A stretch of 64,000 nucleotides of DNA, taken from the NCBI GenBank assembly GCA_030704615.1, contig CM060734.1, positions 40,300,001-40,364,000 on the forward strand, read 5' to 3'. Positions 50,326 through 62,300 of this stretch are shown here, one piece after another. Source of the stretch: Takakia lepidozioides (taxonomy: Eukaryota > Plantae > Bryophyta). Positions within the stretch are counted from its first letter, which is position 1; each line of letters begins with the position of its first letter. A program made the position numbers and the translations under genes. The notes under the pieces are model-generated. The model made no database searches and was not told the origin of the DNA. It saw only the letters and a program-made list of their open reading frames with translations.

Positions 50326-52792
50326 ATATGCGCGATTTGTGCACTCCAGTTATAGACCATGCATGATAGTTTAAGGTGGTAACACTCCATTCGCATTCCC
50401 ATTAAGATATCATGCTTGGACACTGGATTTTATGATCAATTATGGAGTGCTTTCCTTTCAGCACCCTTTATTCATTTGTTGTTGCAATTGGCTTTGGACC
50501 AACCCGTGCTGGTACCATTGCCATGGGTTCTGCCTGCAATGTTTTCTTGCCATGGATTCGCCACACGCCACAAAAGGCCATCCAGACCATCCTCTGGAAA
50601 TGCTCCAATGTTGTTTCAAACATCTCCACATTGCAATGGATACAACACTGACATTAGATGAGTGAAAGTGAGACTAGACCTCCAGCCAGCCGGCTTTCCC
50701 ACATCAAATTGAAGGGGATCTGTAGATTATAGATAACGGCTGTTGCCTTCTCAATGTCTTTTCCAATCACCTCTGCAATGAACTAGGGTATAAGATCCTT
50801 CAAATCACAAGTTTGAGCATCACGCACAAGCCACTTATGGGGATAGAGTTTCCAATGCGAACCATTGGTCTTTTATTGATAGCATTGTTGTAAAATACAT
50901 GGACCAACATGGTCAATTTCGGGAATGACATATAGTACGCTTTCATGTACTATGTAAGCATGCAACTATGTACCAGTGACGTGGCTTGTTCGCCACTTAA
51001 CCTGTTTGCCCATTCAGCCATCTCCACATTGTCATGGATTTTGCATGCTGGATTGTGAGGCCATCCACACCGTCCTCTGGAAATGCTATCATGGGGTTTC
51101 AGCTATGTCCACATTTCCCTGGATTATGCCTGCACGAAGCAAGGCCAACTGCATTCAGCACCCTCCACTTTATTATAGTATTGCAGCAACATTCAAAGCA
51201 CTTCAATTTGTATCCATCGAAAACATCTAGGCTGGAAAAAGACATTGTTGCAGCAGAACTTAGGAAAGTACTTCTCCCCTTCCACTACACACGTGAAATG
51301 AAAGAAGCCAACCAACAGCATACTAGCCAAGAAAATATGAAACGAGCCAAGAAAAGAGCCAATATATGCAGTGAAGGTCGACACTAAATGAAACTTATCC
51401 AACACTTACATTAGAGGAGGGAAGCTAAGTCTTACCTCCATAAGCTTGCCCACATCAAATTTGGGAGCTTTCAGAATTTTTCTTTTCCGGTTGAATGAAC
51501 TTGACTACAAGATCCTTCAAATCACATGTTTGAGCTTCACACACAATGAACTTACAGGGGATTGAGATTCCAATGCGAACCAGAAGTCTTATATTGATAG
51601 CATTGTTGTAAAACACATGGACCAACAATGACAGTCTCTGGAATGACATATAGTACAGTAATGACATATAGTACAACATGCCGCTTCCAGTTGACCATCT
51701 ACCCATGTAGGTTTCTTGTAACTATCCTTCCACAGGGAATCATAGGTAATGTGGAGCTTGAAATCCAGCCCTCTTGGATGAATCTGGACCCACACTCTAT
51801 CCCTGCTCCTTCAGTTATCCATGCCTCTGACAGCCTACAATTCTACCAGCAAACACCCCAACCATACTGGTGTGGAGTTCTTCCCCAAAACACCCCAACC
51901 CTACTTATCACAATCTGAAATGCATCTGCTTCTCTCTGTAGTCCAACAGGCATTCGCCTTTTTGTCTCCATTGTCCCACCATTGGGGTCGGAAAGTGTTC
52001 ACCCCAAAGCTTCTCCTCACCTCTATTATATGTTTTTGGATACTTCCCTGCTGCCACACTGGCAGTAACTTGCCAAAGTTACTCCAAACCACCACAGATC
52101 TACCCAACGACCTAACTTACAGAATTCAATATGCATCTTGCGGTCGAGTCTGATGAGAGGGCAACACAGGCTGAAATAGGTTGAAGAAGAAGGTGCCCTA
52201 CCTGTCCTGACCCATGGAGGATTTGACCGATGACCTCTTGTGTGTGCTGCTTGTGTCTGTAGTCAGGTAATGTCGGATTGGTCTGTCAGATCGAACCACT
52301 ACGGCGTAGATGAGTAGTCAGAGATTGAAACACGCTTGCTAAGACCAAGCTGACTCTCCCAAGAATGGCGAGCTCGCTTCTCCTCGTCTCGTCTCTTCCT
52401 CCTCTTCTCCTTCGTGCATCATTTGCTCAACGCCTCCATTCCACGCCTTATTTGCATTATATGTGCCTTCAAAATGACACGTGTAGTGTTGTAGTCGTAT
52501 AAATAGAGCTCTGAAACCATCTTCAGTCATGGAGTCATAAGATTCTATGAAACGTCGTCCACGTGTAGTCAAACATATCACACTAGTCATATAAACCATC
52601 TCTGTCATCATGGTCAACAATGTTTGACCAATGCTCCCTAACTTTCCGGAGTCATGTAGTGATATCCATTACTACAAAGTCATAAAACTAAAACTGTAAT
52701 GTATTTCAGCGCTCTGTAGTCATGTACCTAGTGCAGTTTTTATGACTCCGCCAAAGCCGTAGTCCTAAAAACGCTCGTCTCTTGTAGTGGCA

Positions 52793-52906
52793 GCCACCAT
52801 GCTGGTGTGTGATCGATGCTCAAGAGGTTGGCATATGGGATGCTTGACACCACCTCTTGAGAGGGTTCATGATGGAGATTGGTTATGTCCACACTGCTTG
52901 GGATAG
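52793..52906 (+). pseudogene. Second half of the integrase C-terminal PHD finger
   Basis: ATMLVCDRCSRGWHMGCLTPPLERVHDGDWLCPHCLG* continues in frame from CMLCGSAKGA once the CACTA and one gca are removed. Confidence 0.9.
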
Positions 52907-54299
52907 TGGCAGTGGACATGACTAGAGGCAGCTAACAAGACATGGGAGGCCAAGCTCATAGGAGTCAATACACGAGATCCCAGGCTCAAGTTCACAAGTT
53001 GCAAGACGGCGACTAACGATGGGGCAACTCTTGCACCCGGCTTCTTGATCTATCGAGTTTGAGTGTAGTAGGGACAGTGGTGGAGGACTTAGTGAGGCTA
53101 TGGTAACTATCACATCTTGTGGCTACATGCACTTAGAGGGACCTAAGCACCAGCTAGGGGGGCGATTGTGTGGACTAGTGACTGCCATAGTGGGCAGCAT
53201 AGTGACAGCATAGTGACAGCCTAGTGACTGACTAGTTCTAGCCTAGTGGTTGGACTAGTGGTGGACTAGTGGTATACTGGTGTGTGGTGTGCACATGTGT
53301 TGTGTGGTTTTGGACAGCGATGTAGTTGTGTAGCGACATGTATGCGCACGACACATTCATACCTAGTAACTAAGATATAGAATAGTCATATCTTTTATTG
53401 AGCATCTCCTCCCAACCTAGAAGACATGCAACCACTACATTGTGCTTCACCCACTGTGCTCAAGTACTAAACATTAAGAGCTCCGTTTCTTTTGAAAATG
53501 TACCCACCTTTAGTTATGGCTGATCTTTATTTAATCATGTCTTTTCATATTAGGTTAACTTAACTTAGATTAAACTTATCTTTTAACACTCCCATCCGAA
53601 TGATATGTTATCCTTGGACAATCCTAGGTTATCATTGCGGACTCCAAAGTCCAAGCCTATCAAAACATCGTAGTCTCCAATTATGGCGGTCGCATAAAGT
53701 TTTTATTTTTAATATGTGTGACCGCCATAATTGGTGGTCGTGCCTATTAATTGATGCGACCACGAAGGCTAGGGGTTGCATGTAATTTTCCAATTTTTAA
53801 TAGGTATGACTGCCAATTATGGTGGTCGCATGTAATTATTTTTTAATAGGTGGCGGTGGAGCGACCGCCACAATTGGCGATTGCACCCATTTTTAAGAAA
53901 AAGAATATAAAAAATTGAAGAGTCTGCCAAAACTCGACGGTCACAATTAATTTATTTTTAAAAATATATTTTTAAACTAAATATTAAAATATTTTTAGTG
54001 TTAGATAAATCCACGTGTGCAGTCCACGGCAGATAATTTTAAAAACATTAAAGAAAATGTGTGCGACAGTCGTATGTTTTTTCTCTTTGTAAAAGATACC
54101 TGCAACCGCTAATATCGGCGGTCACATTTTTTTTCATTTTTTTAGAAATGCAAGCAACTGCCAACGTTGGCGGTCGTCCGTATTAAAGATTCCAAAAAAC
54201 AGAAACTAAAAAAAAAACTAAAGCCACGCATATGACAATTTAAATTTTTCTTTCCCTTCAGTAATGACTGTATGATACCGGCCTTTAACATATTTGCAG

Positions 54300-54860
54300 C
54301 ATTTATCCAAACGGTAGAGAGGAGTAGTTCCGACAATTTTCAATATATTTCAGTGATCAACGTACCTTATATGACAGATACAAAAAATTTAGAGGTGAAT
54401 TATGCTTATTGTGTCTGCCTCGCCGATTCTCAACACAACGTGATCTACTTTCCCATCGTCAAACATTTTCATGAGCCCACGAAGTGAAGCATAAAGCCTA
54501 TGATATAGCAATTGATGAGGAGGTGTTGTGGTCTACACTAAGGGAGAACCTCATAACTAGAGTGCTACCGGAACGTCCCACCATGATGACGACTGTAGTT
54601 GGGGCCCCGATAGCGAGTCCGAAGAGAGCTTTGGGAACCGGGGTGCTTCGACTGAAGAAATCAGGTCACAATTGTCGTTGAATGTGTTACAAGCCTCTAC
54701 GTCCGGGTCGGACCAACCGCGATGCACAATTTGTTTGGGGGACATTGTAGACGGGCAGTCTAATCACTGCCAATTTGTCTGCATACCTACGATGAGCATA
54801 GCATTACAAAATGATTGAAGAAAAGGCCAAATGCCCACTTCGCCTGAACAAACTTAGAAT
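54300..54860 (+). pseudogene. RING-H2 pseudogene, unit 3, + copy
   Basis: Homologous to 20345-20890; multiple frameshifts. Confidence 0.65.
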
Positions 54861-55038
54861 GGACAATAGATTATTATTGCAGTATTGGAATGGTCTCAGA
54901 AGAGCATGAGCGACGGGGAGTCCACGTACGACGGGGACGACCGATGGCTGCTGGGCAACGACGACCGTATGACCATCGCCTAAGTTTTAATTATTTTCGA
55001 AAAAAAAAATCTGGGTTCAGGCATCCGTTGGACCATCC

Positions 55039-55664
55039 CTAGTGACGGTGACCGAAACAATTGGACGACCAAGTTTGTCCAAGCAAAATGGGCATTTTCC
55101 TTTTTTTTTTCAACCATTTCGTAATGCAACGCTCATGGCAGATTGACAATGATATAATAGACTGCTCGTCTACAATGTCCTCCAAACAAATTGTGCATTG
55201 GAGCTGATCAGACCCGGACATAGAAGCTTGGAACACACTCGACGGTAATCGTGACCTGATTTATTCAGTCGAAGCATCCCGGTTCCCAAAGCTCTATTCA
55301 AACTCACTATCACTAGCCCCAACTAAAGTCGCCGGCACAGTGGGACGTTCCAGTGGTACTCTACTTCTAAGGTTCTCCCTTGATGTAGACCACAACACCT
55401 CCTCAATCACTATATCATAGGCTTTATGCTCCACTTCGTGGGCGCATGAAAATGTTTGATATTGGGAAAGTAAATACGTTATATTGAGAACTGGCGAGGC
55501 GGGCACAATAAACACGATTCACCCCTGAAATTTTTGTATCAGTCATATGAGGGACTTGTTGAAATATATCAAACAATGTCGGAAGTCTCCTCTCTATCGT
55601 TTGGGTCTTTGTCAACATTCTCTAACCATTTTTGTGTATCATCTCTATGTTTCTTGTCGGCCAT
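55039..55664 (-). pseudogene. RING-H2 pseudogene, unit 3, - copy
   Basis: CTICLEDIVDEQSIISLSICHERCITKWLKKKRK; homologous to 21071-21699. Confidence 0.65.
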
Positions 55665-57928
55665 ACAGAGAAAGGAGGGAAAAAAAATGATCAATGAAAC
55701 AAGAGAAATGAACAAAAGATTAATGAAACGAAAGATCATTTGTGTCTCTCAGTCTTTGACCATCTTTGTATCTTGTTTTTTAAGTCTTCTATACACACCT
55801 CTACAAAAGGTTTGAAGAGGTGTGTCCCATGCGAAGTGATACATGTGACAAGTCGTATGCAATCACATGCACAAATGCGAAGGGTTATTACGAAAATGTG
55901 AATGGCTTTTTTTTCCGCTACAACATGGTTTGGGCTTGAACAATATTGAACTCTGATCAATAGTTATAGTTGTCATAGAGGGTATGTGTGCCCTTTTCTT
56001 TGGTATAGAAATGTGTCGTTGTCTTGGTTAGACTTTTGGATAGTGATTTATGGGGACATGAAAATATTCTGTGTATGGATAAAACATTGGATAACCATCT
56101 CATGGTCGGGGGGTCGTCCCCATGTACCCACAAATTGAGTAACAGATAACATACCATTTGCTCGATGTGCACACCTAGTCACCCCAAGGACACTGACCCC
56201 ATCTTCGTTGTTTTGCCACCACCTTACCATGGCCTTGACATGATTCGACACAACCCGGTCATCTAGTTCAGCCCCTCACTCTATGGTTTTTTTTTATAAA
56301 GACCGATACTGTGTTATAAACAAAAAAGTCTTGGGTCATTTGGTCACTTGTGTGGGTACTTGAGAGCTTTGGAGTCATCGAGGGAGGTTTGGGCAATCAC
56401 ATTGTCTGGTTACAGTTGTTAGATGGTGTCTATTTTTCAAATGGAAGGCAATAGCCCTGTGCGGTGAAATGACACCATAAGGTAGTCTTGCTTCAGGATG
56501 AATTTTCCTCTCTATCTCTAAATGCTGGTATGTACAAGGCCACCCCCAGACCATACCACCCCACATTGGATGCCCTGGATATGTATAACATGGCCATCGC
56601 GGCCATGCATCTGTAAATGACCTGTGATGAAGTACTCATATTTGCACATACGGCCTAATTTCTACACTTCTTTTTATAATGTCCGGGTTTTTTTTTGCAG
56701 TAATTGCAAATTTCCTTTCTCTTCCTTTCTATCTAGGAGGCATGCTTCTTTTGTAGATGAAGGATAAAAATATTGAAGGAGTATGAAAGGAAATGATGTA
56801 AAATATTGAAATAATGATATTCATCGTATGTGAGGGGTTTATGTATTTGTAGTTTATTGGTACCTTTCCGAATGTACCTTTTCAGATACGAACGATGCTG
56901 CAAAACCAAACAAACATATATTTCTTTTTCATCAAATAGAAACAGTAAACCTTCACAATTGAAACTCCAGATCTTCTTGATTCATAGAATCATACGCTAC
57001 ATTCCAGAAAAAACAAATTTATTTTTCATGAATTTATTGAGTAGTAATATATTTCTTTTTGATCAACAACAACAGTAAATTTTCACACTTGAAATTCCAG
57101 ATCTTCTATATTTTTAGAACTTTTTATACACAGCTTTTTATAAAAGTGCAATCTCCTATGTGGAGACGTGTGTTTTTTAATAAGAAATATGGTAAACAGC
57201 ACGAGTGGCTACAGAGTTTTGCAGAAAATAGCGGTTCTGTTCATCCACTGAAATTCATTCACCTCTGTATTATAATCCATTTATATCATCCATATTTGGC
57301 AAATTCATCCATAATTTATTTTTTATATGGAGAGATTTGGCGATTTCATCCATGAAAAAACAGGGGATTTGCGACATAATGGTCCACTTTATTTTTTGAG
57401 GTCGAAATCTGGCGAAAATTTGCCAATAAAGAAAACGCTGGTTGAGACCTAAGTGCGACCTCTAGGATACATTCCAGAAAAAAACAATTTTTTTTCATGA
57501 ATTTATTGAGTAATAATATATTTCTTTTTCATCAAACAGAAACAGTAAATCTTCACACGTGAAATTCCCAATCTCCCACATGAAAGGCCAATCATTGTTA
57601 GAAGAAAGCGTACTTGTTGGACTGCATAGATAGTACTTACGTGAACGTAAATAATTTTGGGAAAATTTCCTTTGTATTTTGAGGGGCCTTATACTTGTGA
57701 ACACCACTCTAGGGTTACGTGCAGGGACGTTCACGAGTGGAATGCACTCGCCAGGCTGGCAGAGTGGGTTATGCTCCTGGAAAGCACTCCTCTTACCCCT
57801 CCCTTCTTTCCCTCTTCTTTTCGACTTCTTCCCCCTTCCTTCTGATTTCATTCTGGCATCTTTTCTGACTTGACACCGTGCTGGAAAGATGATAAAGATA
57901 AAGAGGAGAGGACCAAAAATTCTTTACG

Positions 57929-58023
57929 TAGGGTAAAGCACCTGGGCGAGGTGGTTCCCAGGTTTGAGCCCTTGAAATGAGGGCGATAACCTAGGAACCA
58001 CCTCGCCCAGGTGCTTTACCCTA
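57929..58023. mobile_element. 95-bp foldback/MITE-like palindrome
   Basis: tagggtaaagcacctgggcgaggtggttcc(c)aggtt ... aacct(a)ggaaccacctcgcccaggtgctttacccta; TA at both ends. Confidence 0.75.
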
Positions 58024-58086
58024 TACATTCATAGTGTGGTATGTGTCATTGAGCACATACTATACAATCATTTTATATTCCATAAA

Positions 58087-58225
58087 CATAACCTAGGTGA
58101 TCCTGGGTTCAATCCTTCAACGTGTGCCTTCAGACCGTCCATTGGGCCCTCGATGGCCTATGTGTTGAGCAGTAGGCTCTGTAAATTCACTGGACGTTAA
58201 AGAAACTTTATCTTCATCTTTATCT
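58087..58225 (+). mobile_element. 5'-truncated copy of the SINE at 3085-3262
   Basis: cataacctaggtgatc..gggttcaatccttcaa..tgtgccttcagac.gtccattggg...ggctctgtaaattcactggacgttaaagaa is shared between the two copies. Confidence 0.7.
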
Positions 58226-58322
58226 GTCTCTTTCTCCTTGGGGATAGTAAATATTCATAGTGTGGTCTCTATTGTATATACCATCATTTTTAAAAATTAA
58301 TTTATTTCAATTTATTTCTTTT

Positions 58323-58653
58323 CATGCTATTTTTGCAATCTCCCCTTCGAGGCTTCATATTGCCATATCCACTTTGCTATTTTTCGCTATTTTTTACGAA
58401 TTTCCAACAACCAAAAGTACTTAAAATTCCAAATTTGTGGCTAATCACTGCCCCAAGAAAGCTCACTAATTTTTGCGAATTTCCAACGACCCAAAGTACT
58501 CCACTCTGCAGGTATCATGAGACCAAGCCAGTGCACCCCTCATCAAGGGCTTTCCAACGGCACCAAGCTCTAGGGCTGGGGCCCCGTAGTGGGAGATCTC
58601 AACGTCACTACAAAACAAAACAAAACAAAACCAGCATCTGGGTTCATATATTG
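58323..58653. repeat. Dispersed repeat, inverted relative to 19-375
   Basis: Reverse complement of blocks at 19-375. Confidence 0.7.
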
Positions 58654-59348
58654 ATAATTTGAGATGTACTTTCTTGAGTTTTTCAACTGAGAATTATTCT
58701 GATTACCTTGATGAGATAACTTTCTGCCAACCCATAATGCAGTGCCTTGAATTTGTGTGGAATCACAATGTTTGTTTCTTCTCATGCTTTCAATTAATAA
58801 TTTTGATGATTTATCTTGAAACGTCAGTCCTGCAGTATTTTCTAATGTCATGACTACAGGATCATAACCTTAAAGTGTATGTAAATAGGATGGAAAATCC
58901 CCATGTGGAGATGTTAGTACCCACCACATTGCCGCGGTGCGCAAATAGGATGGCAGACCCCATGTGAAAGATGAAGCACTGCCTTGGTGGATGACCTACC
59001 TAACCTGCACAAAGGAGACAGTATTTAACTCCATCTTCAAGCACAATGTACAGATGGAATACTTGGTAGAAGATATGTTGATTTGGAAGAATCTGCTGTT
59101 GTAGCTCTCAACAATGCTAGTCTGAGAATAGGAGCAGTGGAAATCAGCTCCACCTTTCAGCTTTGTATGACATTGTCATACATGTGGCAGCGGGGATGTG
59201 CCTTCTTGATGATGTTTTTTACTTACCATCAGCAGGAACAAATTGGAATTGTCCCTGGCAGCAGTCTCATCAGCGAACAAAGTTTTGCCTCTTATTGAGA
59301 TGTCCTTAATATAAAATGCAAGCTAAAGGAGAAAGAACAAACCTTTGG

Positions 59349-62300
59349 CTATTGACGAAATGTAGCGGTCCGGTTCCCTGTTTGAGGGAACACCTGTCTA
59401 CGTTTGGCAGCAGGGATGCCATCTGGCCGGGGATCCTCTCTTGCTCTTCGAAGTGGGTCAAATGCTGCCTTGGTCCCAGTCCAAGAACTCGGAGGAGGGG
59501 TTTGCTGCTGCCGCCGATTAGATCGTCCCTTTCTTCCATCATTTGTCTTCAATTGCTCTCTTGTACTCAAACTACTCTCTAAGCCCATTGCCTTTTGTGC
59601 TGCACTATAGTCAAATGGCAAGATGATGTCTTTGCCAGAGATATCCTCCCCTTTTTCTAGTAACACAGGTATGGGGCGGTGGTTCAAGAAATGATGGGCA
59701 GCTCCTTTATCTTCTCCTTTCCCTCCAACTTTCTTTGGCTCCAATAGTAAGTCCTTCTCAGTGCCTGTTGAGTAGGATGGCCCAGCTAGACCCTTGGCCA
59801 TGCCATTCCTAGTGTCTGGAACATCCACTGACACATTCCGTTGTTGCCGCTGCTTAAATTGACGATGGACTTCTGATAGAGACAAAGGTAACCCCACCTC
59901 TTCCTCATCAACTTTCTGACACCTTTGTTCAGCAGTGTTAGGGCCAACTGACTCTAAAGGATCCAAATTGCTCCTGCCTGCTGACATTTTAGGGACTTTC
60001 TCTGCACTGACATTGTCTCCCCCTTTCCAACTCTCAAGCATTACAATCTCTTCCAATTTCTCAGGCCCCTGTCTCTCACTTGCATTCAAAGAAGGCAGTT
60101 CGCCACCAGATGCAGCCCTTGGAGGTGGGTTTTCAATAAGTTTCATTTGTTTGACAGTTTCCATAGTAACACAGGTGTCAATGGAAGTGATGTGAGCCAT
60201 GAGCAGGTCATTCTTGACTGTAGATATAGCATTAAATTGGAGTCCTAGTGAGGCTCGGATTTGCTCTGCCTTCATCCTTGCCTCCATCTGCAACACTAGT
60301 AAAGTGGGTCATCAGTGCAACCTTAGACAGCAAGAAAAGACTCGCTAATTTTTCCAAGAAGAGTGAGAGTCAAATTTACAAAAAAAAATCCAGACATGAG
60401 CAACAGAGTTGAGATGAGGCTGGGTGCCCACCAGCTCCAAATCTCCATCAATTCTTGTTTGAACTCTCCTTCCAGTTATTGGCCCAAGCATTGCTCCCAA
60501 CGCTCTTGAGGGCTTGGCAAATGTGTGCGCCGGGAAGCGAGCTTTAGTTCCTCTACTTTCTTCCCTTTGACCTTGGGTTGAAGGGATGGCAATATTTTCC
60601 AGCACTGATAGAGAATTTACCAGCAGAGGCTTCTCACATGCCTTTCCGTGTTGAGGTGAGCGGTTAGCAGTTTCCACTCCCTCTTTGGCACATGCCAACC
60701 TGGGTGAGCTGAAGTCTTGGGCAGGCATTGCATCGGTACAACTTGGCACAGGGCTAGGTAAGCTAGGCCTGAGTATAGAGTCAGGCCTACTTGGCTTCCA
60801 AGGACAAGCAGCAGGCACAACTCTCTTTTTGGGCATTGCCCCCAAGATAGACATAGATGGGGCAGCTGCCCTCCGTACCAAAGCAGCACTAGGTCTTGAA
60901 TTATATTCGGTGTGGCCCTGAACCATGACCACATTTGTCTCTTGATCTGCAACTTTTGTCACAACTCCCATAATTGTCTCTCCTGCATTACCAACCTGTT
61001 CAACCCACAAGCTTGATTCTTCTTGGCCTGAGACAAATGCTTGCACAAGCATATTTTTGTCTTTAGCATCCCTTTCGATTTGTACTCCTTGATCCCCTCG
61101 TGAACTCCTCACGTGACTAGCCGCTTCATCCCTTGCATTCTCAGTATGACGTTTTGGGCACTTGTTTTCAATTTGATCACCAACCTGTCCTGGCTGTGGG
61201 CCTCCTTTCACCACAAGCACCTCAATTGGTTCTGGAACAGCCTGATCAGTCTGCTCAACACCACCAGAATCTTTCATGTGGGGAGAAGGCTCCATCCCTC
61301 CCTCCCTGCTCTTCTCTGCCAGAGACACAACCCTCTCTGCTTCAAAAAACCTCAATCCGTTTAAGGGAGGTGAATCTGTGCTTATGGGTGCAGCAACCAC
61401 TGCCTGTTCCATGGACTGCCGGATAATTTCAAGAATGGATGCAGCATGCTGTCCTACCAAAGAGTGTGAACCCCCGATCAAACTGTGAAGCCTGCGGGGA
61501 GTGTCGGGTATCTCCTCGGCTGATCATTTACCATTAGAAATATTAGAAGGCAAACAAAGAGTAAGTAATATCATAATGTTGCATAGTCTAAAAAAGAAAT
61601 GGAAGTATCAATAGTCCTGTCACTAATAATGATATTTACAACCCCTCACAACTGAAGCAATGTTGAATGACAAACACCAGTTTGCCAGATCCTTTTTCAA
61701 TCTCTTCAGTGAACAGGGAAAGATTGCCCAACAAGGTTGAAAATGCTTACCCAGGCGGAATAGCAGTTGATTAGGCAGAACATAGCCAGTACTCTCATCC
61801 TCTCTGCGTGCCATGCCATCCCTCCAAGCATACAAACCCTGAGTCAAAGCAGCAGATGAGTTACAGCAAGCACAAGATGGATAAAATCATTCATATTTCC
61901 TGCAAACCTGCCTATGAAACAACCCTGAAAGTCCCTGTGGGGTCCCGTCCTGGAGCCCAAGTTATTGTAACTCAGACTGAAATTGCCACAGCGTGTGCAT
62001 GGCCAATGACATTCTGCTTTCAGGGAGTAAGATTTCCAAGTCAATGACAGGCCCCTACAGTGAACATAGAAACACAATATTCAATAAAACTACAACCAAA
62101 ACACTTTGCAGTTTCTGCAAGTGAAACAGCCAGACAAACCATTGATGGAAAGGTCTACTGATAAAGTTAAGAAGACAGTAAAATAGCTCTCAGCATCCAT
62201 CTGAGTTACTACTCAGGTTTTTCACACATGGGAATAAGGAGACTCATGCGCACAGCGAGGACTGCCATCTGTTGTGGCTGAAGCTGCTTGTCCTGCAACC

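Larger units (their letters stand above)
40408..52789. mobile_element. CACTA (En/Spm) DNA transposon, 12.4 kb
   Basis: Left TIR cactacaacagatgagcgtttttatgact; right TIR (reverse complement) cactacaagagacgagcgtttttaggact. 3-bp TSD gca (40405-40407 and 52790-52792). Subterminal atgact/agtcat arrays and a Tnp2 transposase. Confidence 0.95.
31145..53353 (+). mobile_element. Ty3/gypsy retrotransposon carrying a C5 DNA methyltransferase and a PHD finger; contains a nested CACTA element
   Basis: Interrupts tandem unit 3 with TSD catt (31141-31144 and 53354-53357). Termini are TGTC...GACA. Pol order PR-(DNMT)-RT-RH-INT is gypsy-type. PPT-like aggggggcga near 53156-53165. No matching LTR pair was found by eye. 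Confidence 0.85.
19575..56990. repeat. Three-copy tandem array of a ~3.5 kb unit (unit 1 ~19575-23115; unit 2 ~23116-31087; unit 3 ~31088-56990), with units 2 and 3 expanded by insertions
   Basis: The unit start ttatgg..gttagaaggtgtctacctatagaatcttagagatccatt recurs at ~19585, ~23127 and ~31098. The unit end gatcttcttgattcatagaat recurs at ~23092, ~31062 and ~56970. Matching ORF translations at 22409/30362/56375 and 21071/55039. Confidence 0.9.

Noticed and set aside
19-58653. Inverted repeats at 19-375 and 58323-58653 as the ends of one giant transposon
   Set aside because: The copies are diverged and rearranged, a third relative lies at ~1455-1628, and there is no TSD. A dispersed repeat family explains them better.
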